Assembly (NCBI GenBank): GCA_963599255.1
Contig: CAVBWS010000002.1
Span: 6,578-70,577, forward strand
Direction: 5' to 3'
Origin: Treponemataceae bacterium
GTDB taxonomy: Bacteria > Bacillota > Clostridia > Lachnospirales > Lachnospiraceae
DNA length: 64,000 bases
Both the position numbers and the translations under genes were made by a program. The notes below the pieces were generated by a model. The model did no database searches. It was not told the origin of the DNA and saw only the letters and a program-made list of their open reading frames with translations. Below, piece by piece: positions 63,083 through 64,000 of this stretch; positions within the stretch are counted from its first letter, which is position 1, and every line of letters starts with the position of its first letter.

Positions 63083-64000
63083 ATATAATTCACGATTCTC
63101 AGGATATTCGCTACAGAAGCCGATTCGGCGCATGCCGCACAGGCGATGAAATAACACTTTCGATATATGCCCCTGAGGCAGACAGTGTACAGTTAAGATT
63201 ATGGAGAGATGGACACGGAGAAGACCTGGTTAATATGGATCAGGTCTTGTCTGTATTTACGACAACCATAACCCTGCCTTCTGCTCCGTGCGCCTTATTT
63301 TATTACTTTATAGTGGCAAATGCCTCTAAAACCGTGTTCTACGGCAATAATCCCGACAGTCTCGGAGGACTGGGTCAGGTATATGACCACCCTCCTGTTT
63401 CTTTTCAGATTACGGTCTATAAGGAGACTCCCGTGCCGGAATGGTTTAAAAATGCCATAGTTTATCAGATATTTCCGGATAGATTTGCCAGAAGTTCGGC
63501 ATTCGATCCGGATAATTTCGGTACCCTTCCGGACGTAAGGGGCGGCGTACAACGTGTTGTAGAAACTGACTGGAACCAACCGCCCGTAAATGAATTTGAC
63601 AAAAACGGTGAGATCAGCCGCTGGAGATTCTATGGCGGTTCCCTCGACGGAATCCGAGAGAAACTGGATTATCTGGAAGGCCTCGGCGTAACCGTGATCT
63701 ATCTGAATCCTATATTTCTGGCCAGATCCACCCACAGATACGATACTGCAGATTATAATATGATAGATCCGGGCTTAGGAGATGAAGAATCCTTCAAAAA
63801 GCTGACAGACGAGGCTCTTAAGCACGGTATTCGCATCATACTTGACGGCGTGTTTAACCACTGCGGAGCTGACAGCAAATATTTCGACCTCTATGATCAA
63901 TATTACCAGGAGGGCGGCGAGAAGGGTGCCATGAACCATATGGATTCACCTTATCGCTCATGGTTTACCTTCCAGCCAGACGGTCACGGCTACAGATGCT
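63079..64000 (+). CDS. GH13 alpha-amylase-family enzyme (neopullulanase/debranching-like), 5' part; runs off the window
   Basis: The ATG at 63079 overlaps the glgA stop. An N-terminal E-set-like domain is followed by YQIFPDRFA, GGSLDGIREKLDYLEGLGVTVIYLNPIF, YDT.DY and ILDGVFNHCG. It is absent from the ORF track because no stop lies in the window. Confidence 0.8.
   Translation, partial: MNIIHDSQDIRYRSRFGACRTGDEITLSIYAPEADSVQLRLWRDGHGEDLVNMDQVLSVFTTTITLPSAPCALFYYFIVANASKTVFYGNNPDSLGGLGQVYDHPPVSFQITVYKETPVPEWFKNAIVYQIFPDRFARSSAFDPDNFGTLPDVRGGVQRVVETDWNQPPVNEFDKNGEISRWRFYGGSLDGIREKLDYLEGLGVTVIYLNPIFLARSTHRYDTADYNMIDPGLGDEESFKKLTDEALKHGIRIILDGVFNHCGADSKYFDLYDQYYQEGGEKGAMNHMDSPYRSWFTFQPDGHGYRC

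Noticed and set aside
1-64000. Search for CRISPR arrays, rRNA, IS elements, transposases, integrases and prophage structural genes.
   Set aside because: I saw no regularly spaced repeat arrays, no rRNA-like sequence and no ORF with DDE, tyrosine-recombinase or serine-recombinase motifs. The only mobile-element hints are short relics.

Overview
The window looks like a chromosomal segment of an anaerobic Firmicute. The Clostridia/Lachnospiraceae-like assignment rests on gene content: desulfoferrodoxin, a glgD-containing glycogen operon, a glycyl-radical enzyme and GGAGG-type ribosome-binding sites. I support about 60 CDS, one tRNA-Ser(GCT), several intrinsic terminators and several candidate operator sites. 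I saw no rRNA, CRISPR array, transposase or integrase.

Layout from left to right:
- 1-4.2 kb: a PhnC/PhnD-like ABC importer behind a long structured leader, an M15 peptidase, and two tandem CobU-like genes.
- 4.3-9.2 kb: an operon of circularly permuted ATP-grasp, alpha-E and transglutaminase-like genes plus two M14/AstE-AspA-like deacylases.
- 9.4 kb: desulfoferrodoxin.
- 9.9-23.5 kb: an accessory-looking block. It holds a LytTR two-component system, a small Tyr-rich secreted protein with its own ABC system, a duplicated membrane-anchored gene interrupted by an antisense cassette of three small genes, a lactococcin-972-style membrane protein/ATPase pair, an acidic secreted protein, an XRE gene and gene relics next to an RlmD-family methyltransferase.
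- 25-26.6 kb: RidA, a HEPN/MNT toxin-antitoxin pair and a decayed conflict-gene relic.
- 26.9-43.5 kb: the most interesting region. A Crp/Fnr-family regulator sits next to two operons: a ribose-type ABC importer with an M24 hydrolase, and a nine-gene operon combining a glycyl-radical enzyme (GRE), its activase, two dehydrogenases, RpiB, DhaL, DhaK, an LsrF-like aldolase/thiolase and a VOC protein. Both operons sit behind paired TGACA-NN-TGTCA palindromes at class-II-like positions. I could not match this module to any characterised GRE pathway I know.
- 44-64 kb: mostly housekeeping. It contains LysR regulators, a FucI-like/unknown/SufE-like operon, a YgjP-like peptidase, a Dlt-like acylation operon, an orphan promoter-plus-terminator unit that may be an sRNA, YbaK, NnrD, and glgP-glgC-glgD-glgA plus a GH13 gene running off the window.

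All functional calls come from motif recognition by eye. No database search was possible.
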